Source: Planctomycetota bacterium (lineage in GTDB: Bacteria > Planctomycetota > B15-G4). From it: DNA of 64,000 nucleotides. The notes under the pieces were generated by a model. That model searched no databases. It was not told the DNA's origin and saw only the letters and a list, made by a program, of their open reading frames with translations. Below, one piece after another: positions 1 through 9,779 of the stretch. The translations under genes and the position numbers were made by a program. The DNA lies in assembly GCA_038212275.1 (NCBI GenBank), contig JBBQUR010000001.1:256001-320000 (forward strand), written 5' to 3'. Position 1 is the stretch's first letter. Each line of letters opens with the position of its first letter.

Positions 1-2
1 TC

Positions 3-1358
3 CCAGCACGACCACGTGCCGTCGCGCGGATCGAGCACCTCGACGAAGCGATGGGCTCCGACAGACGCCGGACGCGTGCTGAATACCTGCACGAGGCGGC
101 TCGTGAGCTCCAGGCGATCGAGCAGCGCCTTCAGGGCGTAGGCGCGCGGCCCGCACGACAGGTGCGGGCGGCCCTGCGAGAGCCCGCGCTGGTGCGCCCA
201 CATCCAGTGCAGGACGCGCGGCGTGTCGTAGGCGTAGCGGTCGTGGTCGCCGTCGATCCGGTGCTCCGAGTTGGCCGTGATGAAGTCGAGTGCCCGCCAC
301 AGCATGGCCTCGTGCCCGTCGCCAGGGGGGGCGGCACCCGGCGACTCGCGCAGCCAGGCGAGCAGTTCGTCGAGTTCGTAGCCTTCGCGACCGAGTTGCG
401 CGGCGCCGCCGAAGGAGATCGCGTAGCGGCGGCCGTTCGTGTTCGGATCCGTGCCGTCGCTGCTCGAGAACCAGAGCGCGGCGCCCCAGTGGCTGTACCG
501 TCCCGCGCCGAACTCGCGCACCAGCGAGTGGCGCTGGTGGGCAGGCCCGAGCGGCATGTCGTCCTCGTGCAGGACGAGGTCCGAACGGAACAGGGTCTCC
601 GGTCCGTCGCTGCCGGCCTCGTGCGCGGGAAGCGCGGCGGTGAAGGCGAGCTGTCCGCTGGGGGCGAACGGCCGTTCCAGGATCTCGCGGCGGAATCGGT
701 CCAGCGACGAGAAGTGAACGAACGGCCCCTGCACCGACGCGCCGTGCTCCTCGAAGAAGCGGCGCAGCTCTGGCGTGTACGGCCGGCCGTCGGCCTCGTC
801 GTTGAAGGCGAGGAAGACCGCGCCGCCCGGGGCCAGGTGCCGGCTCGCGAGGTGCTCGAGGAACCAGCGCCATTCGACGGCCGTCCAGACTTGCGGCGTC
901 TTGTGGCCGTTGAAGCAGATCTGGAACGCGGTCACGAGATCGAATCGTACGCCGAAGTCGGGCAGCGGCGACAACGCCTCGATGCGGTGCACGCGCCGGT
1001 TCACGCCGAGGGCTGCGACGAGTTCGTCGTACATCGGCGTGTCGTCCACGTCGAGCGCGGCCGCGCGATGACCGAGGCGCCCGCAAAGGTACGGAAAGAA
1101 GCCGGAGCCGGTGCCCAAGTCGAGCACGGAGCGATGCGGTTGGCGGGCGAGTTGCAGCCGCCGGACGTGCGCGAACTTTTCGACGAGCTGTCCGCCGAAG
1201 TCCAGGTACTTGCTGTAACCGTGGCCCGGGGCGGCGGCGCGGTGTCGCTCGCGGATCTCCCGCAGCCGGGTGAGGTCCAGGCCCGTGATCACCGCGCGCA
1301 GCTCGGCGGGGAGGTCGGTGTCGGCGAGCCCGCCGTCTGTCGGCGCTGTTGTGGCCAT
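3..1358 (-). CDS. Multidomain protein, 3'-partial: class I SAM methyltransferase + small 'GRYSHWG..FSSSDGTDPNTNGRRY' module + transglutaminase-like domain
   Basis: Translated by hand (absent from the ORF track because it runs off the window edge). ATG at 1358 with GGAG upstream; frame open to base 3. Motifs VLDLGTGSG, FDLVTAF, HLAPGG; then LGPAHQRHSLVREFGAGRYSHWG; then HLSCGPRA...HRFVEV...WSCW. Confidence 0.8.
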   Translation of the reverse strand, partial: MATTAPTDGGLADTDLPAELRAVITGLDLTRLREIRERHRAAAPGHGYSKYLDFGGQLVEKFAHVRRLQLARQPHRSVLDLGTGSGFFPYLCGRLGHRAAALDVDDTPMYDELVAALGVNRRVHRIEALSPLPDFGVRFDLVTAFQICFNGHKTPQVWTAVEWRWFLEHLASRHLAPGGAVFLAFNDEADGRPYTPELRRFFEEHGASVQGPFVHFSSLDRFRREILERPFAPSGQLAFTAALPAHEAGSDGPETLFRSDLVLHEDDMPLGPAHQRHSLVREFGAGRYSHWGAALWFSSSDGTDPNTNGRRYAISFGGAAQLGREGYELDELLAWLRESPGAAPPGDGHEAMLWRALDFITANSEHRIDGDHDRYAYDTPRVLHWMWAHQRGLSQGRPHLSCGPRAYALKALLDRLELTSRLVQVFSTRPASVGAHRFVEVLDPRDGTWSCW

Positions 1359-1531
1359 GTTTCGCTCCGCCGCTGCTGGGGAGCGCGCGATGCTGCGCCT
1401 TGTGGCGCGGGCCGTCAAGCACGACTCCCGCACAGGGAGCCGCCTCGCACCGAGGCTGCTTCCTTGCTGGCGCGGAGCGCTGTCCGCAGGCTAGATTCCG
1501 GCTTCCGTCACCACGCTCCGAGGAGAGTCCC

Positions 1532-2950
1532 TTGTCCACCACCACGCTCCAGGCCGACGTCGTCGTCATCGGGTCCGGTCCCGGGGGCTACGTGGCCGCG
1601 ATCCGGCTCGCCCAGGCCGGCCTGAAGACCGTCTGCGTGGAGCGCGAGGTCATCGGCGGCGTGTGCCTCAACTGGGGCTGCATCCCGAGCAAGGCGATGA
1701 TCGCCGCCAGCACGCTGGCCGAGTCCATCAAGCACGGCGCCACGATGGGCATCAAGGTGGACGGCGTGTCGGTGGACATGGGCGTCATGAAGGCCTGGAA
1801 GGACGGCATCGTGAAGCGCCTCACCGGCGGCATCGGCGAGCTGTTCAAGCGCAACGGCGTGCAGTTCGTGAAGGGCGAGGCGAGCTTCGTCTCGCCGACG
1901 CAGATCCGCGTGAAGAGCAGCGACGGCGAGACGACCATCAACACGAAGAAGACGCTCATCGCCACCGGCGCGCGCACCGTGTCGCTGCCCGGCATGGACA
2001 TCGACGGCAAGCGCTTCCTCTCGGCCAAGGAGGCGCTGGACCTCACGGCCGCGCCGGGAAACTTCCTGGTGATCGGCGGTGGCATCGTCGGCTGCGAGAT
2101 CGGCACCTACATGGCCAAGCTCGGCAGCAACGTGACCATCGTCGAGCTGGCGCCGCAGATCCTCACCGGCACCGACCCGGACATGACACGGGTGGTCGAG
2201 CGCGGCATGCGCAAGCGCAAGATCACCGTGCTCACCGGCACGAAGGTCTCGCACATCGAACACAAGCCCGACGGCATGACGGTCACGCTGGCCACGGCCG
2301 ACGGCGAGCAGACGCTGGCCGCGGACAAGGTGCTCGTGGCGGTGGGCTTCAAGCCGAACACCGAGGGCCTGAACCTCGGCAACGTCGGCGTGCGCATGGA
2401 TCCGAAGGGCCACGTGCTCGTGGACGCTCAGCTGCGTACCAGCAACCCGGCGATCTTCGCCATCGGCGACGTGATCGGCCCGCCATACCTCGCGCACAAG
2501 GCCAGCCACGAGGGCCTCGTCGCCGCGGAGGTCATCTCGGGCCTGAACGTCTCGCTGGACGTGAAGGCGATGCCGGCCGCGATCTTCACCGACCCGGAGA
2601 TCGCGAGCGTCGGCCTCACGGAAGCGCAGGCGCGCGAAAAGGGCCTGAACATCAAGGTCTCCAGCTTCCCGTGGGTGGCCAACGGCCGCGCGCTCGCCAT
2701 CGGCGGCAGCGACGGCATCACCAAGCTCATCGCCGACGCGGACGACGACACGCTGCTCGGCATGCACATCGTGGGTCACGAAGCGAGCAACCTCATCTCG
2801 GAGGGCGCGCTGGCCATCGAGATGGGCGCCACCGTCAAGGACATTGGCCTCACCGTTCACCCGCACCCGACGCTCTCCGAGACAGTCATGGAGTGCGCGC
2901 ACGTCGTCGAGGGCCACGCGATTCACATCTTCGTTCCGCCGAAGAAGTGA
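1532..2950 (+). CDS. lpdA: Dihydrolipoamide dehydrogenase (E3)
   Basis: GSGPGG FAD motif, GGVCLNWGCIPSK redox disulfide, GGGIVG NAD motif, HPHPTLSE; TTG start at 1532 after AGGAG. Confidence 0.97.
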   Translation: MSTTTLQADVVVIGSGPGGYVAAIRLAQAGLKTVCVEREVIGGVCLNWGCIPSKAMIAASTLAESIKHGATMGIKVDGVSVDMGVMKAWKDGIVKRLTGGIGELFKRNGVQFVKGEASFVSPTQIRVKSSDGETTINTKKTLIATGARTVSLPGMDIDGKRFLSAKEALDLTAAPGNFLVIGGGIVGCEIGTYMAKLGSNVTIVELAPQILTGTDPDMTRVVERGMRKRKITVLTGTKVSHIEHKPDGMTVTLATADGEQTLAADKVLVAVGFKPNTEGLNLGNVGVRMDPKGHVLVDAQLRTSNPAIFAIGDVIGPPYLAHKASHEGLVAAEVISGLNVSLDVKAMPAAIFTDPEIASVGLTEAQAREKGLNIKVSSFPWVANGRALAIGGSDGITKLIADADDDTLLGMHIVGHEASNLISEGALAIEMGATVKDIGLTVHPHPTLSETVMECAHVVEGHAIHIFVPPKK

Positions 2951-2957
2951 GCCCGCG

Positions 2958-3812
2958 ATGCGCGATGCCACCGGCGTGCGCGACGTGGTTCCGGTGCGCC
3001 GTGCTGCTGCGGTGCGCGACGTGACCGACCTAGCTGTCCGCGACCTCGGGCACATGCCGTATCGCGCCGCGTGGGCGCTGCAGAGAGAACTGGTCGAGGC
3101 GCGGCTCGCAGGCACGGCCCCCGACACACTGCTGCTCGTCGAGCACGCGCCCGTCATCACCGTGGGGCGCGGCACAAAGGGCGAGTTTCTCGCCTCGGGC
3201 GTGCAGCGCGCGGCGCCGCAGTCCGGCGATGCCGCCGACGCCGTGTTCATCGCGCTGCCCGGCGGCGCGCGCGCCGAGGTCATCGAGGTCGAGCGCGGCG
3301 GGCAGGCCACCTACCACGGCCCGGGCCAGCTCGTCGCCTACCCGATCGTGAAGCTGCGCGAAGGCCACCGCGACCTGCACGCGTACATGCGGGCCTTGGA
3401 GCAGGCCGTCATCGACACGCTGGGTGAGCACGGCTTCGCGACGGACGACATGCCGAAGACCGCCAGGAGCAATGTGCCGGCCAGCACGTCGAGCGGCGAC
3501 GCGGCGTCGCGCGGCCCGCATGCCGGCCGCAAGCCCGGCGCCACAGGAGTGTGGATCGACGGCCAGCGCAAGCTCTGCAGCATCGGCGTCGCCGCCTCGC
3601 GCTGGGTCACGTACCACGGGCTCGCGCTCAACGTGCAGCCCGACCTGTCGCACTTCGCCGCCATCAAGCCCTGCGGTTTCGAGGCGGGCGTGATGACCAG
3701 CGTGGTGCGGGAGCGATCAGGCAGTGGTGTCGAGCCCGGGGTCATGCGCGCGGCGCTGTTGTCCGCGCTCGGCGTGCAACTGAACCGGTTTCGCGAGGTT
3801 GCCGTTCCCTGA
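2958..3812 (+). CDS. lipB: Lipoyl(octanoyl) transferase
   Basis: EHAPVITVGR, ERGGQATYHGPGQLVAYP, KLCSIG, HGLALN, IKPCG; directly follows lpdA. Start approximate. Confidence 0.93.
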   Translation: MRDATGVRDVVPVRRAAAVRDVTDLAVRDLGHMPYRAAWALQRELVEARLAGTAPDTLLLVEHAPVITVGRGTKGEFLASGVQRAAPQSGDAADAVFIALPGGARAEVIEVERGGQATYHGPGQLVAYPIVKLREGHRDLHAYMRALEQAVIDTLGEHGFATDDMPKTARSNVPASTSSGDAASRGPHAGRKPGATGVWIDGQRKLCSIGVAASRWVTYHGLALNVQPDLSHFAAIKPCGFEAGVMTSVVRERSGSGVEPGVMRAALLSALGVQLNRFREVAVP

Positions 3813-4114
3813 AGTCGGTCGAGTTGCAACAAGGTCCGCGCCCGCTTCCGCGGTGAATCCTCCTGCAGCATCCACTGCGGGGCCGGCAGCAGGGGGCTTT
3901 CTGCGCGACCGCCCCAATGCGGACCGCGACAGTGTGCTCACGCCCTTGGCCCCGCCTCGTGCGTACCTGGCTTCCTGTTTCCGATGGACACCTCCATCTC
4001 TGCCTTCTCCTGCCAGATGGTGGTCCACGGAAATCATGGGCGGGGGATGTCGCAACCGGCTTGGCCGTGATAGCGTCCGATCCTGATCAGGGGCAGACTT
4101 CGGATGGAGGGCGC

Positions 4115-6859
4115 ATGTCACGCACCGATATTGTCAGCGAGATGGGGCGGCGAGGCCTGTTGGTCGTGTTGCTGGGAGTGCTGATGGCTACAGGGCCCCG
4201 TGCTGGAGTGATCCACGTTCCAGCGGACCAGCCGACCATCCAGGCCGGCATTATGGCGGCGCAGGGGGGCGATCACGTGCTCGTGGCGCCTGGCACCTAC
4301 CACGAGGCCATCTCCTTCCTCGGCAAGGGCATCGTGGTCGAGTCGATTGGCGGGTCGGCGCTCACGATCATCGATGCGACGGGGCTGGGAACGAGTGTCG
4401 TATCGATGGTGAACGGAGAGCCGGAGGCAACTCGGCTTGAAGGCTTCACGATCACAGGTGGCAACAGCGTCGGCAACGGCGGTGGTATCACGATCGGTGG
4501 CGACTGCTTCAAGCCCGGGCCTGAGGTTGCCGAGTGTCTCCTCAGCGGCAACACGGCGGCTGGCCTCGGAGGCGGAATCTACGCCGCGCGCGGAGTCATT
4601 GATCACTGTCAACTGGTAGAAAATCAGGCGGCGTCAGGCGGGGGAGCATACGCCTGCGACCGCGTGGCCATGCGCTCGTGCCTGGTGAACTCCAACGTCG
4701 CCATCAATGGCGGCGGCGTGTTCCTCTTCTACAACGCAGGTTCGGATGTGTCTCTCGTCGAGTGCACGATAAGCCGCAATCAAGGCGGAGGCGTTTACGT
4801 TCGCTCTGAGAATTTCTTCACCCAGGGAACAGTCGCAGAAGAGTGCGTGATCGCCGACAACACGGGCGGCGGGGCTGGAAGCGGTCTAACTTACGACCCG
4901 TACATCGACAACATTGACGAAGTCACCCTGCTGTTGAACAGCGTACTTTCCGGCAATGGGCTGGCGGTCGTGCCCCAAGGGCACTTTGCGACGGGATATT
5001 ATTTCATTGTCGGCTCGATCCTTTCAGGCGCGCCGCTGTCCGGCTATTATTTATACGTGTCGTGGTCCGACGACGTCGGCGGTCGGCCTGGTACCGGAAA
5101 CATCGCCGCGGACCCGCTCTTCGTCGACCCGGTGCACCTCGACTTCCACCTGCAGCCTGGTTCGCCGTGCATCGATGCCGGCGATCCCGCAGCTTCACTG
5201 CCCGCTTACCAGGACATCGACGGCGAAGCCCGCATCGCCAACGGCCGGATCGACATGGGGGTCGATGAAGTTCATGACTGCGATGGTGACCAGTTGCCGG
5301 ACTACCTGGTGCTCGCTGCGGGAATGGATTCGGACATCGACGGAAACCACGTGCCTGACGCCTGTGACCCGGATTGCAACGGGAACGGCCTCGTGGATGG
5401 TTTCGACCTGATCCTGGGCACGTCGCACGACTGCAACCTGAACGGCATTCCGGACGAGTGTGAGCCCGTTTCAGACTGCAACGACAACGGTCAGAACGAC
5501 GCCTGCGACATTGCGACCGGAATCAGCAAGGACTGCAACGGCAACGGCACACCCGACGAGTGTGACATTGCGTCGGGCAGCAGCAGCGACGAAAATGGAA
5601 ATGGCGTTCCCGACGAATGTGAATCCATCATGGTTCCTCAAGAAGCGCCTACTATCGCTGTTGCTGTGGCGATGGCAGAGCCGGGAACCACGATTCTGTT
5701 GGCGCCCGGCACGTGGTCGGGGCCGGGTTTCTCCGGTATCACCGTGAACAAGTTGCTCCACTTCAAGGGTGCCGCTGGGCCAGAAGTCTGTGTGATCGAC
5801 GGCACAGCCGCGGCTGGCGCTCGATTCGCCACGTTGAACGTTGCTGGCTGCTCCATCGAGGGATTGACATTCCGGGCGTTTGTTTCGGGATCCGTCTCGG
5901 GCGGAGCCATTTCCGCTGGTTACTCAGTTGAAGTGAAAGCGTGCCGCTTCGAGAACTGCTCGACATCGAGCCTGAGTGGGGGCGGGGCGATCATCCTGAG
6001 CGGAAATGCCGGCCAGAAGAGCGTGATCAGCAACTGCGTGTTTTCCGGAAACCATTCAGGCACCGAGGCGGGTGCTCTGGTCGTCACCGGTCAGCAGCTG
6101 GCAATCCTGCACTGCTCCTTCGTGGACAATGCTGCCATCTCGCGTGGTGATGACATCTCCATCAAGTCGAATGCCAAGGTCGCGGTTTCCGACTCCATTT
6201 TCTGGAGTCCGTCGTCGCAACTGCCGTCGATTTACTTCAATGGCGCTCAATCAACGCTGGGCTGCTCGACCAGCGATGTCCTCGCGGGCCGGTTCGGCGT
6301 GCAGTTCGGCACGAATCCCGGATTGTTCACCTGGGGCGCCGGCAACCTCGATGCCGACCCGCAGTTCGTCGATGCCGCATTCGGTGATTTTCATCTCGTC
6401 CCCGGCTCGCCGTGCATCAACGCCGGCGACCCGGCGGGAGAGCCCGATGCCGACAACTCGCCGCCGGACATGGGTGCCTATGCGTATCAACCCTGGGTAG
6501 ATCTAGGTGGCGGCGTAGGCGGGTCATTCGGCGTGCCGCTGCTCGAGATGAACGGCCCGCTCACGGGCGACACTGCAGTGACCTGGTCGCTCTCGAGCGC
6601 CCGCGCGGGCACGCCGTTCGTTCTCATCGCCGGCTTCTCCGAAGCCGGCACTCCGTACTACGGCGGCATCCTGTGGCCGATGCCCGACGCGCTCGTCAAC
6701 GGCTTGGAATTCGGGCCGGAGGGCGCCGCATCTGGCTACGGTCGCTGGCCGCTCGGCGTGCCGCCTGGCACCAGCATCTGGCTGCAAGCCTGGTACGAAG
6801 ACATTGGCGCGCCGGCCGGCGCAGCGGGGAGCAACGGAATGCGCGGGACGGCGCCATGA
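4115..6859 (+). CDS. Large secreted protein: two right-handed beta-helix (pectin lyase-like) regions separated by Ca-binding-type DCNxNGxPDxC repeats, plus C-terminal PWVDLGG...WP.G.P.G...QAW domain
   Basis: GGAGG before ATG 4115; signal peptide; VPADQPTIQAGI, GGGI repeats, DPLFVD..DFHLQPGSPCIDAGD twice, about six DC/DxNGNG repeats; visibly more A/T-ending codons than neighbours. Confidence 0.85.
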   Translation: MSRTDIVSEMGRRGLLVVLLGVLMATGPRAGVIHVPADQPTIQAGIMAAQGGDHVLVAPGTYHEAISFLGKGIVVESIGGSALTIIDATGLGTSVVSMVNGEPEATRLEGFTITGGNSVGNGGGITIGGDCFKPGPEVAECLLSGNTAAGLGGGIYAARGVIDHCQLVENQAASGGGAYACDRVAMRSCLVNSNVAINGGGVFLFYNAGSDVSLVECTISRNQGGGVYVRSENFFTQGTVAEECVIADNTGGGAGSGLTYDPYIDNIDEVTLLLNSVLSGNGLAVVPQGHFATGYYFIVGSILSGAPLSGYYLYVSWSDDVGGRPGTGNIAADPLFVDPVHLDFHLQPGSPCIDAGDPAASLPAYQDIDGEARIANGRIDMGVDEVHDCDGDQLPDYLVLAAGMDSDIDGNHVPDACDPDCNGNGLVDGFDLILGTSHDCNLNGIPDECEPVSDCNDNGQNDACDIATGISKDCNGNGTPDECDIASGSSSDENGNGVPDECESIMVPQEAPTIAVAVAMAEPGTTILLAPGTWSGPGFSGITVNKLLHFKGAAGPEVCVIDGTAAAGARFATLNVAGCSIEGLTFRAFVSGSVSGGAISAGYSVEVKACRFENCSTSSLSGGGAIILSGNAGQKSVISNCVFSGNHSGTEAGALVVTGQQLAILHCSFVDNAAISRGDDISIKSNAKVAVSDSIFWSPSSQLPSIYFNGAQSTLGCSTSDVLAGRFGVQFGTNPGLFTWGAGNLDADPQFVDAAFGDFHLVPGSPCINAGDPAGEPDADNSPPDMGAYAYQPWVDLGGGVGGSFGVPLLEMNGPLTGDTAVTWSLSSARAGTPFVLIAGFSEAGTPYYGGILWPMPDALVNGLEFGPEGAASGYGRWPLGVPPGTSIWLQAWYEDIGAPAGAAGSNGMRGTAP

Positions 6860-7029
6860 GCGTTGCGATCCGAACGCCACGGGCGCGCGAGCCCGCAGTG
6901 CGGTTGGCGGCACGGCACTGATCCTCAAGCAGGCTCGGCACACTTGCCGTGAGCCAGCAGTGCGTGCTGTGGAGTACGCTCCGCGCCCGAGTGCCTCACC
7001 GGCACGAGCATCCACCGTGAGGCTTCCGC

Positions 7030-7899
7030 ATGCACGCAGCACCGCCCCCCGACTTCGCCGCCATCGCCCGCACCGAGGGCGCGGCACGCGCCGCGTCCGA
7101 ACGCGAGACGCTGGCGCGGCTGACCGAACTCGTCGGCATCGTGTATCGCCTGCGCGACGACGACGGCTGTCCGTGGGACCGCGCGCAGTCGGTGGACAGC
7201 ATGGCGCTCAACCTCGTGGAGGAGGCCTTCGAGGCGCACGAGGCCATCGCGAATGACGACGACGCGCACGTCTGCGAGGAGCTGGGAGACACGCTCATGA
7301 ACATCCTGCTCATCGCGCGCATCGCGGAGCAGGGCGGCCGATTCGATCTCGCGGGCGTCGCGGCCGGCATCGCGGAGAAGCTCGTGCGCCGGCATCCGCA
7401 CGTCTTCGGCGATCGCCACGCGGGCAACGAGGCCGAGGCGCTGGCCAGCTGGAATGCCGCGAAGGACGCCGAGCAGGCGGACAAGAAGGCCAGCCGTCCC
7501 TCGGTGCTGGACGGAGTCCCCGAGGGCCTGCCCGCGCTGGCCGCCGCGCTGCGCACTGGGCAGAAGGCCGCCGGCGTCGGCTTCGACTGGCCCGACGAGC
7601 AGGGCGCGCTGCTCAAGCTGGACGAAGAGGTCGCTGAATTGCGTGGCGCGATCGGCCTGGGCGAAGCGCACAAGATCGAAGAGGAGCTGGGCGACGTGCT
7701 CTTCTCCGCGGTCAATGTGGCGCGCAAGCTGAAGTTGGACCCGGAGCTGGTGCTGCGCCGCGCGACCGCCAAGTTCAAGCGGCGCTTCGCGGTGGTGGAG
7801 GCCAGCTTCGGCTCCTCGCTGGGCAGCACGCCCCTCGATGATCTCGAGCACGCCTGGCGCGTCGCCGCAAGCAGCGAGACTCCGCGCATCCTGCCCTGA
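7030..7899 (+). CDS. mazG: Nucleoside triphosphate pyrophosphohydrolase MazG
   Basis: GCPWDRAQ, EEAFE, EELGD, KLVRRHPHVF, GFDW, second EELGDVLF, KFKRRF. Confidence 0.95.
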   Translation: MHAAPPPDFAAIARTEGAARAASERETLARLTELVGIVYRLRDDDGCPWDRAQSVDSMALNLVEEAFEAHEAIANDDDAHVCEELGDTLMNILLIARIAEQGGRFDLAGVAAGIAEKLVRRHPHVFGDRHAGNEAEALASWNAAKDAEQADKKASRPSVLDGVPEGLPALAAALRTGQKAAGVGFDWPDEQGALLKLDEEVAELRGAIGLGEAHKIEEELGDVLFSAVNVARKLKLDPELVLRRATAKFKRRFAVVEASFGSSLGSTPLDDLEHAWRVAASSETPRILP

Positions 7900-8037
7900 G
7901 TCGCTGCGCCCCCCGGCTGCGCACCTCTGCTGCGAGCGCGCGCGTCAAGTGCGGCGTCGCGCCGGTGGCCTCTTGACATTTCACACGGAGTGCTCGCACC
8001 TCCCGCGGACGGTGGTCGCCGGGCTACCATGCGCGCC

Positions 8038-8922
8038 ATGCCCGTCTCCACGCCATGGTTCGTCGACGCGTTCACGAACAGCTACCTCGAGGCCTACGCC
8101 CACCGCGACGAGACTTCGGCGCGGCGCGAGGTCCAGGGTGCGCTGAACCTGCTGCGCCACGACGGCAGCCAGGGCATGCTGCTCGACCTCTGCTCGGGCG
8201 CAGGCCGCCACAGTCGCGCCTTCCGGCTCGCGGGCTGCCCGGTCACGTGCTTCGACCTGTCGCCGGACCTCGTGCTGCAGAGCGCCGCGATCGGCCTGCC
8301 GACGGTGCGTGGCGACATGCGTGCGCTGCCCTTCCACGGTGGCAGTTTCGCTGCGGTGGCCTGCCTGTTCTCGTCCTACGGCTACTTCGAGACGGACGCG
8401 GAACACCAGCGCACGTTGAGCGAGATGGCGCGCGTGCTCCGGCCCGGCGGCCGTGTGCTTCTCGACCTCATGGACCGCGAGACCGTGCGCTGCAAGCTGC
8501 GCCCGCAGAGCGTGGAGGTCACCGAGGGCCGCACGATCGAGGTCGAGCGCGCCCTCACCGACGACGGCACGCGCGTCGAGAAGACGGTGCGCCTGCGCCG
8601 CAGCGGGGCGCCCACGCGCCTCTGGCACGAATCCGTGCGCCTCTTCACCAGCGACGAGCTGCAGGTGCTGGCCAACGGCGCCGGCCTGAGTATCGAGCGC
8701 ACCTGCGGCGACTACGACAGCCGCCCGCACGTGCCCGGCGAGACGCGCCGCCTGCTGCTGCTCCGCAAGCCGCAGCTCCCGCAGGCCGCTGACACCGCGA
8801 CGACGACGCACGCTGCGGCGCCCGCGCCGATGCCACCGACGGCGGTGCCTGCGGCGTCCGCTGCGGCGTCGCCCGCAAGGCCACCCGCGCGGCCGCCCTC
8901 CGATCCGCGGAAGGGCTTCTGA
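8038..8922 (+). CDS. Class I SAM-dependent methyltransferase with Pro/Ala-rich C-terminal tail
   Basis: LLDLCSGAGRH, GDMRALPF, FSSYGYF, RVLRPGG, ESVRLF; start placed 7 nt after TACCAT. Confidence 0.88.
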   Translation: MPVSTPWFVDAFTNSYLEAYAHRDETSARREVQGALNLLRHDGSQGMLLDLCSGAGRHSRAFRLAGCPVTCFDLSPDLVLQSAAIGLPTVRGDMRALPFHGGSFAAVACLFSSYGYFETDAEHQRTLSEMARVLRPGGRVLLDLMDRETVRCKLRPQSVEVTEGRTIEVERALTDDGTRVEKTVRLRRSGAPTRLWHESVRLFTSDELQVLANGAGLSIERTCGDYDSRPHVPGETRRLLLLRKPQLPQAADTATTTHAAAPAPMPPTAVPAASAAASPARPPARPPSDPRKGF

Positions 8923-9776
8923 TGAGCGTCGTGAAGCTTTCCACGCGCGTTCGCTGCGTCGACGGTCTGGAGCTGGGTCTCGACCTCTTCGTGCCCGAGG
9001 GCGAGACGCGCCCGCTGCCGGTCACCGTGATCTGTCACGGCTTCAAGGGCTTCAAGGACTGGGGCTTCTTCCCGCCGCTTGCGTCGACGCTGGCCGAGTC
9101 GGGCCGCGCGGTGGCGATCTTCGACTTTTCGCACAACGGCGTCGGTGCGGAAGGGGCGGCCGGCGAGTTCACGCGCCCTGACCTGTTCCGCGAACAGACG
9201 CTTTCGCGCAGTGTCTCGGATCTCGGCCTCGTGCTGGATGCGCTCGACGGCAGCGCCTTTGCCGGGCAGTGCACGCTGCAGCGCAATCGACACTTCAATG
9301 TCGTGGGGCACAGCCTTGGCGCGGCGGCGGTGATGCTGCGCGCGGCCGACGACGGGCGCATCGTGCAGGTGGCCACGCTCAATGGCACGGCCAGCCTGGA
9401 CCGCTTCTCGCCGGAACAGCTCGCGGAGCTGGCCGCCACGGGCCAGGTGCTCGTCCGCAATCAGCGCACGGGCCAGGAACTGCCGCTCGGCCGCGCGTGG
9501 TTCGACGAAGCGCGCCACCTCGACCTCGAGGAGGCCGCCACGCAGATCTTCGTGCCGGCGCTGGTCATCGCGGGTGACGCCGACGAGAGCGTGTCGCCCG
9601 ACGAGAGCCGCACCATCAATGGCTGGATCGCGGGCAGCCGGCTCGTGATGATTCCCGGCGCCAACCACGTGTTCGGCGCGACGCATCCCTTCGCCGGCTG
9701 GACGCCCGCGTTGACCACCGCATGCAGGGAGCTGGACCAGTTCCTCCCGCACGTCGGGCGACTGGGAGGTATCTGA
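8922..9776 (+). CDS. Alpha/beta hydrolase
   Basis: HGFKGFKDWGFF, GHSLG nucleophile elbow, GDADESV, GANHVF; TGATG overlap with upstream gene. Confidence 0.92.
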   Translation: MSVVKLSTRVRCVDGLELGLDLFVPEGETRPLPVTVICHGFKGFKDWGFFPPLASTLAESGRAVAIFDFSHNGVGAEGAAGEFTRPDLFREQTLSRSVSDLGLVLDALDGSAFAGQCTLQRNRHFNVVGHSLGAAAVMLRAADDGRIVQVATLNGTASLDRFSPEQLAELAATGQVLVRNQRTGQELPLGRAWFDEARHLDLEEAATQIFVPALVIAGDADESVSPDESRTINGWIAGSRLVMIPGANHVFGATHPFAGWTPALTTACRELDQFLPHVGRLGGI

Positions 9777-9779
9777 ATC

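Noticed and set aside
51..1625. 524-aa plus-strand ORF and the many other long overlapping track ORFs (e.g. 1508-3310, 8712-11237, most of 23366-25441, 49402-51516, 51503-53725)
   Set aside because: Antisense or off-frame shadows of real genes, expected at high GC; Arg/Ala/Gly-rich with no motifs.
7030..7899. mazG as part of an anti-phage or toxin-antitoxin module
   Set aside because: It is the ordinary two-domain housekeeping form with no mazEF or defence neighbours.
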